From: Xanthobacteraceae bacterium
Lineage (GTDB): Bacteria > Pseudomonadota > Alphaproteobacteria > Rhizobiales > Xanthobacteraceae
Direction of reading: 5' to 3'
NCBI GenBank assembly: GCA_035546235.1
Contig: DASZWK010000398.1
Span: 3,372 to 67,371 of the forward strand
DNA length: 64,000 nt
Under the pieces are notes generated by a model, which worked only from the letters and a program-made list of their open reading frames with translations, searched no databases and was not told the DNA's origin. The position numbers and the translations under genes are program-made. Shown piece by piece: positions 42,925 to 51,889 of this stretch (positions are counted from its first letter, which is position 1; each line of letters begins with the position of its first letter).

Positions 42925-44247
42925 ATGGCGCAACCGCTGAAAGTCGGTCTTGCCGGACTGGGGACCGTCGGCGCCTCCGTGGTTCAGTTGCTGGAACGCG
43001 GTCGCGACAAGATCATTGCGCGCTGCGGCCGGCCGGTGGAGATCGTCGCGGTCTCCGCCCGCTCGCGGAGCAAGAAGCGTGACGTCGACCTCAGAAAATT
43101 CCGCTGGGTCGCCGATCCGGTCGAACTCGCGCGCGATCCGGCGATCGACGTCTTGGTTGAGGTGATCGGCGGCGCCGGCGATCCCGCCAAGGCGGCGGTC
43201 GAGGCCGCGCTGTCTTCCGGCAAGTCGGTCGTGACCGCGAACAAGGCGCTGCTCGCCCGTCATGGCCAGAAGCTCGCGGCGCTCGCGGAGCGGCAGGGTG
43301 TCGCGCTGAATTTCGAGGCCTCGGTCGGCGGCGGTATTCCGATCATCAAGACCTTGCGCGAAGGGCTCAACGGCAACGCCTTTGCGCGCGTCTACGGCAT
43401 TCTCAACGGGACCTGCAATTACATCCTGTCGCGCATGGAGCAGGATCGTCTGGCTTTCGCGGACTGCCTGCGCGAGGCGCAGCGTCTGGGCTATGCCGAG
43501 GCCGATCCGTCGTTCGACGTGGAGGGTCACGATACCGCGCAAAAGCTGTCGATCCTGGCGAGCCTCGCCTTCGGCACCAAGCTCGATCCCGACGCTATCT
43601 ACGTCGAAGGCATTTCTTCGATCTCGCTCGCCGATCTCGATGCCGCGGACGAACTCGGCTACCGCGTCAAGCTTTTGGGCGTCGCGGTCAAAACCGAGGC
43701 CGGCATCGAGCAGCGCGTTCACCCGACCATGGTGCCGAAGGATTCGGCCATCGCCCAGGTCATGGGCGTGACCAATGCGGTCACGCTCGATGCCGAGGGG
43801 CTTTCGCCGATCACGCTGGTTGGACCCGGCGCCGGCGGCCTGGCGACCGCGTCGTCCGTGGTATCCGACCTCGCCGATATCGCCCGCGGCGTGCGCAATG
43901 CACCGTTTGGGCGTCCGGCGGCGCGGATGACCGCGACCCGCAAGGCGCCGATGCAGCACCATGAGGGCGGCTATTACATCCGGCTGTTGGCCCGCGACCG
44001 GCCCGGCACCGCGGCGACCATCGCGCGGCGCCTCGCCCAGCAGGGCATTTCGCTGGAGTCGATCGTGCAGCGTCACGGCAGCGGCGCCCACGGCGCGTCG
44101 CCGTCCGGGCGCTCGGGCGAAGCCGTTCCGGTCATCATGATTACCTACGCGACCAGTGAGGACGCTGTGCGCAAAGCGCTTTCCGCGGTGCGGCGCGACC
44201 GTGTAATCTCCGGCCAGCCGCAAGTTATTCGCATTGAGAAGAATTAG
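42925..44247 (+). CDS. hom: homoserine dehydrogenase
   Basis: N-terminal GLGTVG Rossmann fold, a catalytic domain and a C-terminal ACT-like domain. Confidence 0.92.
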   Translation: MAQPLKVGLAGLGTVGASVVQLLERGRDKIIARCGRPVEIVAVSARSRSKKRDVDLRKFRWVADPVELARDPAIDVLVEVIGGAGDPAKAAVEAALSSGKSVVTANKALLARHGQKLAALAERQGVALNFEASVGGGIPIIKTLREGLNGNAFARVYGILNGTCNYILSRMEQDRLAFADCLREAQRLGYAEADPSFDVEGHDTAQKLSILASLAFGTKLDPDAIYVEGISSISLADLDAADELGYRVKLLGVAVKTEAGIEQRVHPTMVPKDSAIAQVMGVTNAVTLDAEGLSPITLVGPGAGGLATASSVVSDLADIARGVRNAPFGRPAARMTATRKAPMQHHEGGYYIRLLARDRPGTAATIARRLAQQGISLESIVQRHGSGAHGASPSGRSGEAVPVIMITYATSEDAVRKALSAVRRDRVISGQPQVIRIEKN

Positions 44248-44283
44248 GCCGCGCCGGTCTTGCGCGGGTGTTTTGGGGAAGAA

Positions 44284-45273
44284 ATGATGGCGTCGATCAG
44301 TGTGCCGCAGACCTCGATGATTGAGCGCATCTTCTCGATCGAGCTCGCGCGTGTGACCGAGCGGGCCGCGGTCGCGGCGGCGCGGCTGCGCGGGCGCGGC
44401 GCCGAGAAGAAATCCGACCAGGCCGCGGTTGACGCCATGCGGCGTGAACTCGGCAAGCTTTTGATCGACGGCACGGTTGTGATCGGCGAGGGCGAGATGG
44501 ACGAAGCGCCGATGCTGTTCATCGGCGAGAAGGTCGGCTGCAAGGGCGGCCCGAAGGTCGATATCGCGGTCGATCCTCTCGAAGGCACGACGCTGTGCGC
44601 CAAGAACATGCCGGGCGCGATCGCTACGCTCGCCATGGCCGACGAGGGCGCATTGCTGCACGCCCCCGACATCTACATGGATAAGATCGCGATTGGCCCG
44701 GGCTACCCGAATGGCGTTGTCGACCTCGATGCGCCGGCCGAAGAAAACATCCGCAATCTCGCCAAGGCCAAGGGCGTGCCGCCCGAGGCGATTACCGCAA
44801 TGGTCCTCGACCGGCCGCGCCACGCCGACATCATCGCAGGGGTGCGCAAAGCCGGCGCCGCAGTCAGCCTGATTAGCGATGGCGACGTCGCCGGCGTCAT
44901 CCACACCGCGCAGCCGGACAAGACCGGCATCGACATTTATCTCGGCATCGGCGGTGCACCCGAAGGCGTCCTCGCCGCCGCCGCGCTCCGCTGCACCGGC
45001 GGGCAGATGCAGACGCGGCTCATCATCGATACCGACGAGAAGCGCGAACGCGCGACCCGCATGGGCATCAAGGACCATCGCAAGAAATACCAGATCGCCG
45101 ACATGGTCCGGGGCGACTGCCTTTTCGCCGCGACCGGGGTCACCGACGGCCCGATGCTGGCCGGCGTGCGGTTCGGCCACGACGTGATTGAGACGGAAAC
45201 TGTCGTGATGCGTTCGGTCAGCGGTACGGTGCGCTGGATCAGGGCCGAACACCGGCAGCTTGACAAGTTTTAG
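44284..45273 (+). CDS. glpX: class II fructose-1,6-bisphosphatase
   Basis: The LARVTERAAVAAA...DAMR...IGEGEMDEAPML...DPLEGTT pattern is typical of GlpX. ATG 44284 follows GGGGAAG. Confidence 0.9.
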   Translation: MMASISVPQTSMIERIFSIELARVTERAAVAAARLRGRGAEKKSDQAAVDAMRRELGKLLIDGTVVIGEGEMDEAPMLFIGEKVGCKGGPKVDIAVDPLEGTTLCAKNMPGAIATLAMADEGALLHAPDIYMDKIAIGPGYPNGVVDLDAPAEENIRNLAKAKGVPPEAITAMVLDRPRHADIIAGVRKAGAAVSLISDGDVAGVIHTAQPDKTGIDIYLGIGGAPEGVLAAAALRCTGGQMQTRLIIDTDEKRERATRMGIKDHRKKYQIADMVRGDCLFAATGVTDGPMLAGVRFGHDVIETETVVMRSVSGTVRWIRAEHRQLDKF

Positions 45274-45283
45274 TTCGTCGAGC

Positions 45284-45402
45284 GTCATTCCGGATCGCCG
45301 CGAAGCGGCGAGTCCGGAATCCATAGACACGGCCGCGCAAATCTCGCGTAGTCTGTGACTATGGATTCCGGGCTCGCGCCTGATGGCGCGCCCCGGAATG
45401 AC
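45284..45402. repeat. MITE/REP-like inverted-repeat element, family B (GTCATTCCGG...CCGGAATGAC), copy 1
   Basis: Terminal inverted repeats plus an internal TCCGGAATCCATA / TATGGATTCCGGG palindrome. Near-identical arms recur at 56057-56181. Confidence 0.7.
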
Positions 45403-45411
45403 GACCGGACA

Positions 45412-47223
45412 ATGCCCGATCACAATCGCCTGTTCCTCGGCGTCGAAAATTCCGCGACCGGCCGCGCTTGGCGCGACCGGCTCGACGAGCGCGCCGCGGC
45501 GCGGGCGCTGGCGATCACACAGCGCCACGAACTGCCCGAATTGCTGGCGCGCATTATTGCCGGCCGCAATATCGAGATCGACGCCGTCGAGGCCTTTCTC
45601 GATCCGGCGATCCGGCGCGCGATGCCCGATCCGGACGTGCTCGCCGGCATGAAGGAGGCGGCGGCGCGCCTCGCCGACGCCATCACGCGCGGCGAGACCA
45701 TCGCGATCTTCGGCGATTACGATGTCGATGGCGCGACGTCGGCGGCGCTCTTGGCGCGATTTCTGCGCCAGTGCGGCGTCGAGCCGCTGATCCACATTCC
45801 CGACCGGCTGTTTGAAGGCTACGGCCCGAATGTCGAGGCGGTGCGCGCGCTCGCCGATCGCGGGGCGAGCCTCCTCGTCACCGTCGATTGCGGCACCACC
45901 AGCATCGATCCGCTGATCGAAGCGGGCGCCTGCGGCATGGACGTCGTCGTCATCGACCACCATCAGGCCGACGAGGTGCTGCCGCCGGCTGTCGCGGTCG
46001 TCAATCCGAACCGGCGCGACGATCTCTCCGGGCTCGGTCACCTGGCGGCTGTCGGTCTTGTGTTCATGGCGGTGGTGGCGGTGAACCGAGAGCTGCGCCG
46101 CCGCGGCTTCTGGGACGCGGGACGCAGTGAACCCGATCTGATGTCCTTTCTCGACGATGTCGCGCTCGGCACCGTCGCCGACGTGGTGCCGCTGACCGGC
46201 CTGAACCGCGCCTTCGTTGCCAAGGGCCTCGTGGCGCTGCGCCGGCGCGAGCGGGCGGGGCACACGAGCCTGATGGACGTGGCGCGGCTCGCGGGCCCGC
46301 CGGAGGCCTGGCATCTCGGCTTCCTGCTCGGCCCGCGCATCAATGCGGGCGGCCGCATCGGCCGCGCCGATCTCGGTGTGCGGCTTCTGATCGAAGACGA
46401 TCCGACGGAGGCGGCCAAGATTGCCGCAGAACTCGATCGGCTGAACCGCGAGCGCCAGACCATCGAACTTGACACGCTCGCTCAGGCCGAGGCTGAAGCA
46501 ATGGCGGCGCTCGGCATCGAAGAAAAGGGCGCGGTCGTCGTCACCGCCGCCGAAGGCTGGCACCCGGGCATTGTCGGGCTCGTCGCCGCGCGGCTTAAGG
46601 AAAAATTCGGCCGGCCGGCCTTCGCTATCGCGCTCGAGCCTGGCGGCATCGGCACCGGCTCCGGCCGCTCCATCACCGGCGTCGATATCGGCCGCGCGGT
46701 GCGGCGCGCGGTGGCCGAAGGCTTGCTGCTCAAAGGCGGCGGCCACGCCATGGCGGCGGGCGTGACCTTGCGCAAGGGCGCGCTGGCCGAGTGGCGCGCG
46801 TATCTGGAATCCGTGCTCGCCGCCGATGTCGAAACGGCGCGGCGCGCGAGCGGCCTCATGATCGATGGCGCGGTCACCGCTGCTGCCGCGAACGCGGACC
46901 TTGTCGCAATGATCGGCCGCGCCGGTCCGTTCGGCGCCGGAAACCCTGAGCCGGTCATTGCGCTGCCGGCGCACACGATCGCCTTCGCCGAAGAGGTAGG
47001 CCAGGCGCACATGCGCGTGCGGCTCAAATCCGGCGACGGCTCCGGCGTCAATGCCATCGCGTTTCGCGTCGCGGGACAAAAGCTCGGGCAAGCTCTCCTC
47101 CATAACCGCGGCCACCAGGTTCATGCCGCCGGCACATTTTCGCTTGACCGCTGGCAGGGCGAAGAGCGCGTGCAGTTCAAGATCACCGACATCGCGCCCG
47201 CGGAGCCGTTCGCCGGGCACTGA
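45412..47223 (+). CDS. recJ: single-stranded-DNA-specific exonuclease RecJ
   Basis: DHH motifs (GDYDVDG, VVIDHHQ). I prefer ATG 45412 because the track start at 45355 lies inside the repeat element. Confidence 0.9.
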   Translation: MPDHNRLFLGVENSATGRAWRDRLDERAAARALAITQRHELPELLARIIAGRNIEIDAVEAFLDPAIRRAMPDPDVLAGMKEAAARLADAITRGETIAIFGDYDVDGATSAALLARFLRQCGVEPLIHIPDRLFEGYGPNVEAVRALADRGASLLVTVDCGTTSIDPLIEAGACGMDVVVIDHHQADEVLPPAVAVVNPNRRDDLSGLGHLAAVGLVFMAVVAVNRELRRRGFWDAGRSEPDLMSFLDDVALGTVADVVPLTGLNRAFVAKGLVALRRRERAGHTSLMDVARLAGPPEAWHLGFLLGPRINAGGRIGRADLGVRLLIEDDPTEAAKIAAELDRLNRERQTIELDTLAQAEAEAMAALGIEEKGAVVVTAAEGWHPGIVGLVAARLKEKFGRPAFAIALEPGGIGTGSGRSITGVDIGRAVRRAVAEGLLLKGGGHAMAAGVTLRKGALAEWRAYLESVLAADVETARRASGLMIDGAVTAAAANADLVAMIGRAGPFGAGNPEPVIALPAHTIAFAEEVGQAHMRVRLKSGDGSGVNAIAFRVAGQKLGQALLHNRGHQVHAAGTFSLDRWQGEERVQFKITDIAPAEPFAGH

Positions 47224-47233
47224 AGAACACGAG

Positions 47234-47446
47234 TCACAGATCCGTCGGCGTCAGGCCGGTGTGTTTGGCAATGCGAGCCAGCATGCGCGGGCCGATTTCA
47301 TCACCATCATGGAACGCGAAAACGTAATCAGGCGAGCCGGCCTTGGTAAGGACGCGATGCGACCCGGTTTGTCGTTTGATTGTTCAGCCTCGACGCAACA
47401 ACGCCGCGAGAACACGTTGCGCCCTGCAGGAAGGCCACGGGCTCAT
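47234..47446 (-). pseudogene. hicA: HicA-family (YcfA-like) toxin gene interrupted by an in-frame TGA
   Basis: The minus strand reads MSPWPSCRAQRVLAALLRRG*TIKRQTGSHRVLTKAGSPDYVFAFHDGDEIGPRMLARIAKHTGLTPTDL*. The TGA at 47386-47384 sits where the family has GW. The ATG overlaps the hicB stop (ATGA). Confidence 0.6.
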
Positions 47447-47646
47447 GCCGCTTCAAAAACGTCAGCGATCTCCCGGGGCAAAGGCTCACCGTTTTCTACC
47501 CGGTCTGCAATCACCCGTAATGCCAAGACCTTAGCCTTCGCGCTCGCATCGGATTTAGTCGCGCCGTAGGCCATGACGCCCGGCAAAGCAGGAATTTCGG
47601 CAATCCAGCGGCCATCTGCCTCTTGTTCGCTCTCGACTTTCAGCAT
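47443..47646 (-). CDS. hicB: HicB-family (UPF0150) antitoxin
   Basis: 67 aa. ADGRWIAEIPALPGVMAYGATKSDA matches the small HicB-like fold pattern. Confidence 0.7.
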   Translation of the reverse strand: MLKVESEQEADGRWIAEIPALPGVMAYGATKSDASAKAKVLALRVIADRVENGEPLPREIADVFEAA

Positions 47647-47741
47647 GGTTTACCCGTTCGCTGCACGACCGCGACCTTACGACATTTATAGACCGGCGGC
47701 CGATCTCTCAATAGCCGTTGTTCGATTGTTTCTTAATCCTC

Positions 47742-48527
47742 TCACACCGTTATTTTTCCCTCCAGATAAAGCACCGTGCGGCCGCCGATGGCGACGCGGT
47801 CGCCGTTGAGCGCGCAGGTGAGCGTGCCGACGCGGCGCGACAATTGCCGCGCCTGCAGTTCGCGCTTGCCGAGGCGCGCGGCCCAATACGGCACCAGCGT
47901 GCAATGCGAGGAGCCGGTCGCCGGATCTTCGTCGATGCCCTGGCGCGGCGCGAAGAAGCGCGAGACGAAATCGGTGCCATCCTCGCCCGGCGCGGTGGCG
48001 ATCGCGGCCCAGCAATCGAGCCTGCCGAGCGCCGCAAAATCCGGCTTCAGCGCCGCGACTTCCGCGGCGCTGCCATAGACCACCATGTGGTCGCGCGCTT
48101 TCAAAACCTCGCGCGGCGAACCGCCGAGCGCTGCGAGCAAACCCGGCGGCGGATCAACTGCCGTGGCGGGCCGCGCCGGGAAATCCATCATCAGCATGTC
48201 GCCGCGCCGCGCCACCGTGAGCGTGCCGGCTTTGAGCGTGCGGAAATTCACGCGTTCGCGTCCCGGTTCGAGAAACGAGAACACGACGTGCGCGGAGGCA
48301 AGCGTCGCATGCCCGCACAGATCGACTTCGACCGCGGGCGTGAACCAGCGCAGTGCGTAGTCTGCGCCCTCACGCACGAAGAAAGCGGTCTCGGCGAGAT
48401 TATTCTCTGCCGCGATCGCCTGCATGGTGGCGTCGGGCAGCCATTCGGTCAGCGGGCAGATCGCGGCCGGATTACCGCCGAACAGCTTTTCGGCGAACGC
48501 ATCGACCTGATAGATCGGCAGGTGCAT
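47742..48527 (-). CDS. PhzF family isomerase
   Basis: YQVDAFAEKLFGGNPAA...ETAF...HATLASAH, typical of PhzF/YddE. Confidence 0.85.
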   Translation of the reverse strand: MHLPIYQVDAFAEKLFGGNPAAICPLTEWLPDATMQAIAAENNLAETAFFVREGADYALRWFTPAVEVDLCGHATLASAHVVFSFLEPGRERVNFRTLKAGTLTVARRGDMLMMDFPARPATAVDPPPGLLAALGGSPREVLKARDHMVVYGSAAEVAALKPDFAALGRLDCWAAIATAPGEDGTDFVSRFFAPRQGIDEDPATGSSHCTLVPYWAARLGKRELQARQLSRRVGTLTCALNGDRVAIGGRTVLYLEGKITV

Positions 48528-48557
48528 GGCAATGACCCTTCTTCAAATTGATAGGCG

Positions 48558-49292
48558 CTATTTGCACCACTCCTTGTGCGCCGCCTTGGCCATCGCGTCG
48601 GGGCCGTCAAATTCGCCGAGCGGGCCAAGCTCTTTCTTTCCGGACGCATCGTAGAGCCAGTACCAGTCGTAGCTGCCGCCGAATACCAAATACCGGTGCT
48701 GCTGAATAGCGAGCGCGTCGCGATATTGGCCGGTACAGAAATTCAGCACCAGGAGATCGTTGGCCGGCTGCACGAAGCGCTGCTCGCGCGTACGCCTGTC
48801 GTAGACATGCAGTGCGCCCGAGGTGGTCCAGCCCGGTGTCAGAAAATAGAGCCGCGTGCCGTCGGCGGAGAACTGCTTGGCGCGAAAGTCGCAGAGCTGC
48901 GCCTGGCCGTCGCCCTTGCGGCCCTCGAGCAGCAGCCGGTCGCCGCCGCCGGCGGCGTTGACGCGGCGCAGCTCGTCGGGCTTGGGCGCCGCGGTGCAGA
49001 ACTGACCGAGATCGTAGCCTGGCAGACCGTGTCCGCGTCCCTTGCGTGTGTACACCACATAGCTGCCGTCGGGCGCGAGCACCGGGTCGCTGTCCTGCTC
49101 GGAACTGGTGAGCCGGGTTTTGACACCGCCGCGTTCGATGACGATGTTGCCGGCGTCGACAGAAACGCGCGGGCCCGCCGCCGCGGCCGGAGGCTGGGGT
49201 GACGGCACAGCCGGCGGGGTAGGGGGCTTCGGCTGCGCCGCGGCGGCGGCAGTTGCGAAGACAAAGACGAGCGCGACAAGGCGAAGCAGCAT
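48558..49292 (-). CDS. secreted hypothetical protein with Pro-rich linker
   Basis: ATG 49292 gives MLLRLVALVFVFATAAAAAQ (signal peptide) followed by PKPPTPPAVPSPQPP. The 788-aa track ORF is composite. Confidence 0.5.
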   Translation of the reverse strand: MLLRLVALVFVFATAAAAAQPKPPTPPAVPSPQPPAAAAGPRVSVDAGNIVIERGGVKTRLTSSEQDSDPVLAPDGSYVVYTRKGRGHGLPGYDLGQFCTAAPKPDELRRVNAAGGGDRLLLEGRKGDGQAQLCDFRAKQFSADGTRLYFLTPGWTTSGALHVYDRRTREQRFVQPANDLLVLNFCTGQYRDALAIQQHRYLVFGGSYDWYWLYDASGKKELGPLGEFDGPDAMAKAAHKEWCK

Positions 49293-49574
49293 CGGGCAAA
49301 CGACCTCAGGAAAAGACGCGGCGCCGTCCGTCCGGCGCCGCGCGCCACGATACCATCTTGGCAGCGCCCCGCGCACGCGGCTATGTGGACACGCAAAAAG
49401 CCGCGTTTCCCGGACGCGGTGCAGCGCGACAGCGGTGCATCGCTGATCGGGGATCGTCCCGAACTCGACGTTTTCGGCGATCCCGGGTCTGCAGCGCACC
49501 ATTGCGCTTCGCTGCATGCTGCGCTGCGCCCGGGAAACGCGACTTGTTTGTTGCGCAGGTAGAGGAAATACGAC

Positions 49575-50564
49575 ATGCCCAAGCTGCAACTTTCCGTCGC
49601 CGTCGGCGACTACGACCGCACCCGCGCGCTGATCGACGGCGCCGTGCAGATCGACGGCGTCGACCCCGTGTTCATGACGCTGGTGCCGGAGGAAATCTTC
49701 TTCCGCGCCTTCCGCGCCGCCGAATTCGACATCTGCGAAGTCTCGCTGTCGAGCTATTCGGTCAAGACCGCGGCCGGCAACTCGCCCTATATCGCGGTGC
49801 CGGCTTTCGTGTCGCGCGCCTTCCGTCACACCTCGATCTATGTGCGCACCGACCGCATCAAGACACCGGCCGACCTGAAGGGCCGCAAGGTCGGCGTGCC
49901 GGAATATCAACTCACCGCGAATGTGTGGGCGCGCTCCTTTCTCGAAGACGATTACGGCGTCAAGCGTTCCGACATCCACTGGATCCGCGGCGGCATCGAG
50001 CACGCCGGGCGGCCGGAAAAGATCACCATCAAGCTGCCGCCGGGCGTGCGGCTCGACAACGCGCCCGAGGGCAAGACCATCTCGGCGCTGCTCGCCGAGG
50101 GCGAGATCGACGGCTTCATCGCGCCGCGCCCGCCGACGCTGGTGGAAAAAGGCCACCCGCATATCGGCTGGCTGTTTCCCGACCCCACCGCCGTCGCCAA
50201 GGACTATTTCAAGCGCACCGGCTATTTCCCGATCATGCATGCGGTCGGCATCCGCCGCGAACTCGCCGAAAAACATCCGTGGCTGCCGGGCGCGGTGCTG
50301 AAAGCGTTCGAGGCGTCGAAAGAGGCGGGGCTGGCGAAATTGTCCGACACCTCCGCCACCAAGGTGACGCTGCCGTTCGTCGAGGAGCGGCTCGCCGAAG
50401 CGCGCGCGCTGATGGGCCACGACTTCTGGTCTTACGGCGTCGAGCCGAACCGCAAGGTGCTGGATTATTTCCTCGCCCAGCATCATGCCGAAGGCCTGTC
50501 GTCGCGGCGGCTGTCGGTCGACGAACTGTTTCATCCGGCCACCTACGAGACGTTCAAGTTGTAG
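49575..50564 (+). CDS. 4,5-dihydroxyphthalate decarboxylase-like / periplasmic-binding-fold protein
   Basis: 329 aa with no signal peptide and a PBP type-2 fold pattern. The family call is from memory. Confidence 0.55.
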   Translation: MPKLQLSVAVGDYDRTRALIDGAVQIDGVDPVFMTLVPEEIFFRAFRAAEFDICEVSLSSYSVKTAAGNSPYIAVPAFVSRAFRHTSIYVRTDRIKTPADLKGRKVGVPEYQLTANVWARSFLEDDYGVKRSDIHWIRGGIEHAGRPEKITIKLPPGVRLDNAPEGKTISALLAEGEIDGFIAPRPPTLVEKGHPHIGWLFPDPTAVAKDYFKRTGYFPIMHAVGIRRELAEKHPWLPGAVLKAFEASKEAGLAKLSDTSATKVTLPFVEERLAEARALMGHDFWSYGVEPNRKVLDYFLAQHHAEGLSSRRLSVDELFHPATYETFKL

Positions 50565-50566
50565 TT

Positions 50567-50752
50567 TCTCCTTCTCCCCGCGTGCGGGGAGAAGGTCGGG
50601 ATGAGGGGGCCTTAGAGCTGCCTGAGCGCAGATTATTGTCTGTTGCGCTGGTGTTTGACTGGAACGCTCAGAATCGCGGCACCGCCCCCTCACCCGGATT
50701 GCTTCGCTAACGCTCGCAATCGCGACCTCTCCCCGCACGCGGGGAGAGGTGA
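50567..50752. repeat. MITE/REP-like inverted-repeat element, family A (CTCCCCGC-NN-GCGGGGAG hairpins at both ends), copy 1
   Basis: Left arm TCTCCTTCTCCCCGCGTGCGGGGAGAAGGTCGGGATGAGGGGGCC. Right arm GCCCCCTCACCC...GACCTCTCCCCGCACGCGGGGAGAGGTGA. It starts 2 nt after the TAG stop of the upstream gene. Confidence 0.7.
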
Positions 50753-51487
50753 ATAAATGCTCCCGTTCCCGCCCCGCGATTTTTGCTTCGCGCTGCGAGT
50801 TGAAAAGCCTGGACTCCGTTTTCCACCGATCCGGAGTGTTGTTTGCCTCCCTTCGCCACTGCCAGCAAAGAGAAGAGCAAGAAAGGAGGCAGAACGCCGA
50901 CAGACGCGTAACCAACTGCTGCACCTGCCGGCGCAGCGCGCACCCTGCGGGGCGCGCTCGCCTGTCGGCGTTCCACCGCGGCTCTTGCCAGGGAGACAGC
51001 TGGTCCCCAAGGCTCAGCGTCAGGCCATGCTTCGGGAGACAGTCCGGAGCGTTCGATCCTGTACGGCCGCCTCGACCGGGAGGCGGAGACCTCGCGCTTC
51101 TCCGCGGGCATTACCCGCGCCGGAACAACGAACGAAACAAACTGTCCCCGTACAGTGAGCACCTCACACGCCGGTCATAGTGCCGGCGGGCTGATGCCCG
51201 ACGCCGCCCGAGACCGGGTGGTAAGCCCGCCCGCGGGTACCGCACTCGCTCCGCTTTCGGTTTTACCTTCGGCCGAAGGCGTCCTTAGTGAGCGAGATTG
51301 TCGCGGTTTATGACAAAAATGGAGACATGTGTCAATACGTTGTCTCCGAAAAGAGACAAATCATTGATTCTACGAAGTTGTTTTCTGGCGTCGTTGTTTC
51401 GTGTCGGCGATGCCATTGGATGGATTTGAGCGAATCAAATGGGCCTATGGTGGTTGGAGCCATCATTGCGCCGCCGAATTGCGTCGG

Positions 51488-51889
51488 TTAGTCCGCGCTG
51501 ACACCTAACTCCCTCAGCCGCCGCTCGCGATCGGCGATCTGCCATTCGATCAGTTCGGCCTCGCTGCGGGCGTGCGGGTGTGGCGCGCGGCCGGGCGGGG
51601 CGAAATAGCGATTGTAGATGTAGTCCGGCGACTGCGACACGACGTCGATCCAGCGCAAATCGAGCGCGTAGCCGAGCAGGGCGGCAAGAACGATCGCCAG
51701 CGTCAGGACAAAGAACGCGCCGTAGAGCATGTCGAACAGGGCGACCTTGAGGAACACGACCAGGGCGGCAACCGGGAAGAAGCTGGCGAGGATCGATACG
51801 ATCGCGGCCGAGAACGCATAGCCGGCGTAGCGGGTGCGCAGCCTCGCAAGCTCGCGATTGATCTCGCCGATATCGGTGCCGCGGTCCAT
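51488..51889 (-). CDS. hypothetical membrane protein
   Basis: 133 aa with two long TM helices and a charged C-terminal tail. Confidence 0.45.
   Translation of the reverse strand: MDRGTDIGEINRELARLRTRYAGYAFSAAIVSILASFFPVAALVVFLKVALFDMLYGAFFVLTLAIVLAALLGYALDLRWIDVVSQSPDYIYNRYFAPPGRAPHPHARSEAELIEWQIADRERRLRELGVSAD

Noticed and set aside
41428-47220. A 1930-aa stop-free ORF on the minus strand spanning 5.8 kb.
   Set aside because: It lies exactly codon-for-codon antisense to five well-supported plus-strand genes (lipoprotein, aminotransferase, hom, glpX, recJ). All of their start coordinates fall in the same frame (coordinate mod 3 = 1). In that register, antisense stops require sense TTA, CTA or TCA codons, which GC-rich genomes avoid. 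The translation is Arg/Ala/Gly/Asp-rich and low in complexity with no recognisable domains. It is a shadow ORF.
48558-50924. A 788-aa minus-strand ORF.
   Set aside because: It is a composite. Only the last 244 codons (from ATG 49292, with a signal peptide) look like a gene. The upstream part is antisense to the 49575-50564 gene and runs through the family A repeat element.
50760-51300. Attempted to identify the structured non-coding stretch as RNase P RNA, tmRNA (two-piece), SRP RNA, or a cobalamin, FMN, glycine or ZTP riboswitch.
   Set aside because: None of the hallmark motifs are present on either strand: GAGGAAAGTCCGGGC, a T-arm with CCA end, an alanine-rich tag reading frame, the AGGGAA/GCCACTG B12 box, and others. 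No downstream gene is positioned for a riboswitch either. It is kept only as an unclassified candidate.
51288-51491. A 67-aa GTG-initiated ORF in the AT-rich islet (MSEIVAVYDKNGDMCQYV...).
   Set aside because: It has no SD and no recognisable family. It overlaps the putative minus-strand promoter and a GGAGACA...TGTCTCC hairpin, and its end overlaps the stop of the convergent gene. It is more likely non-coding, though a horizontally acquired micro-gene cannot be excluded.
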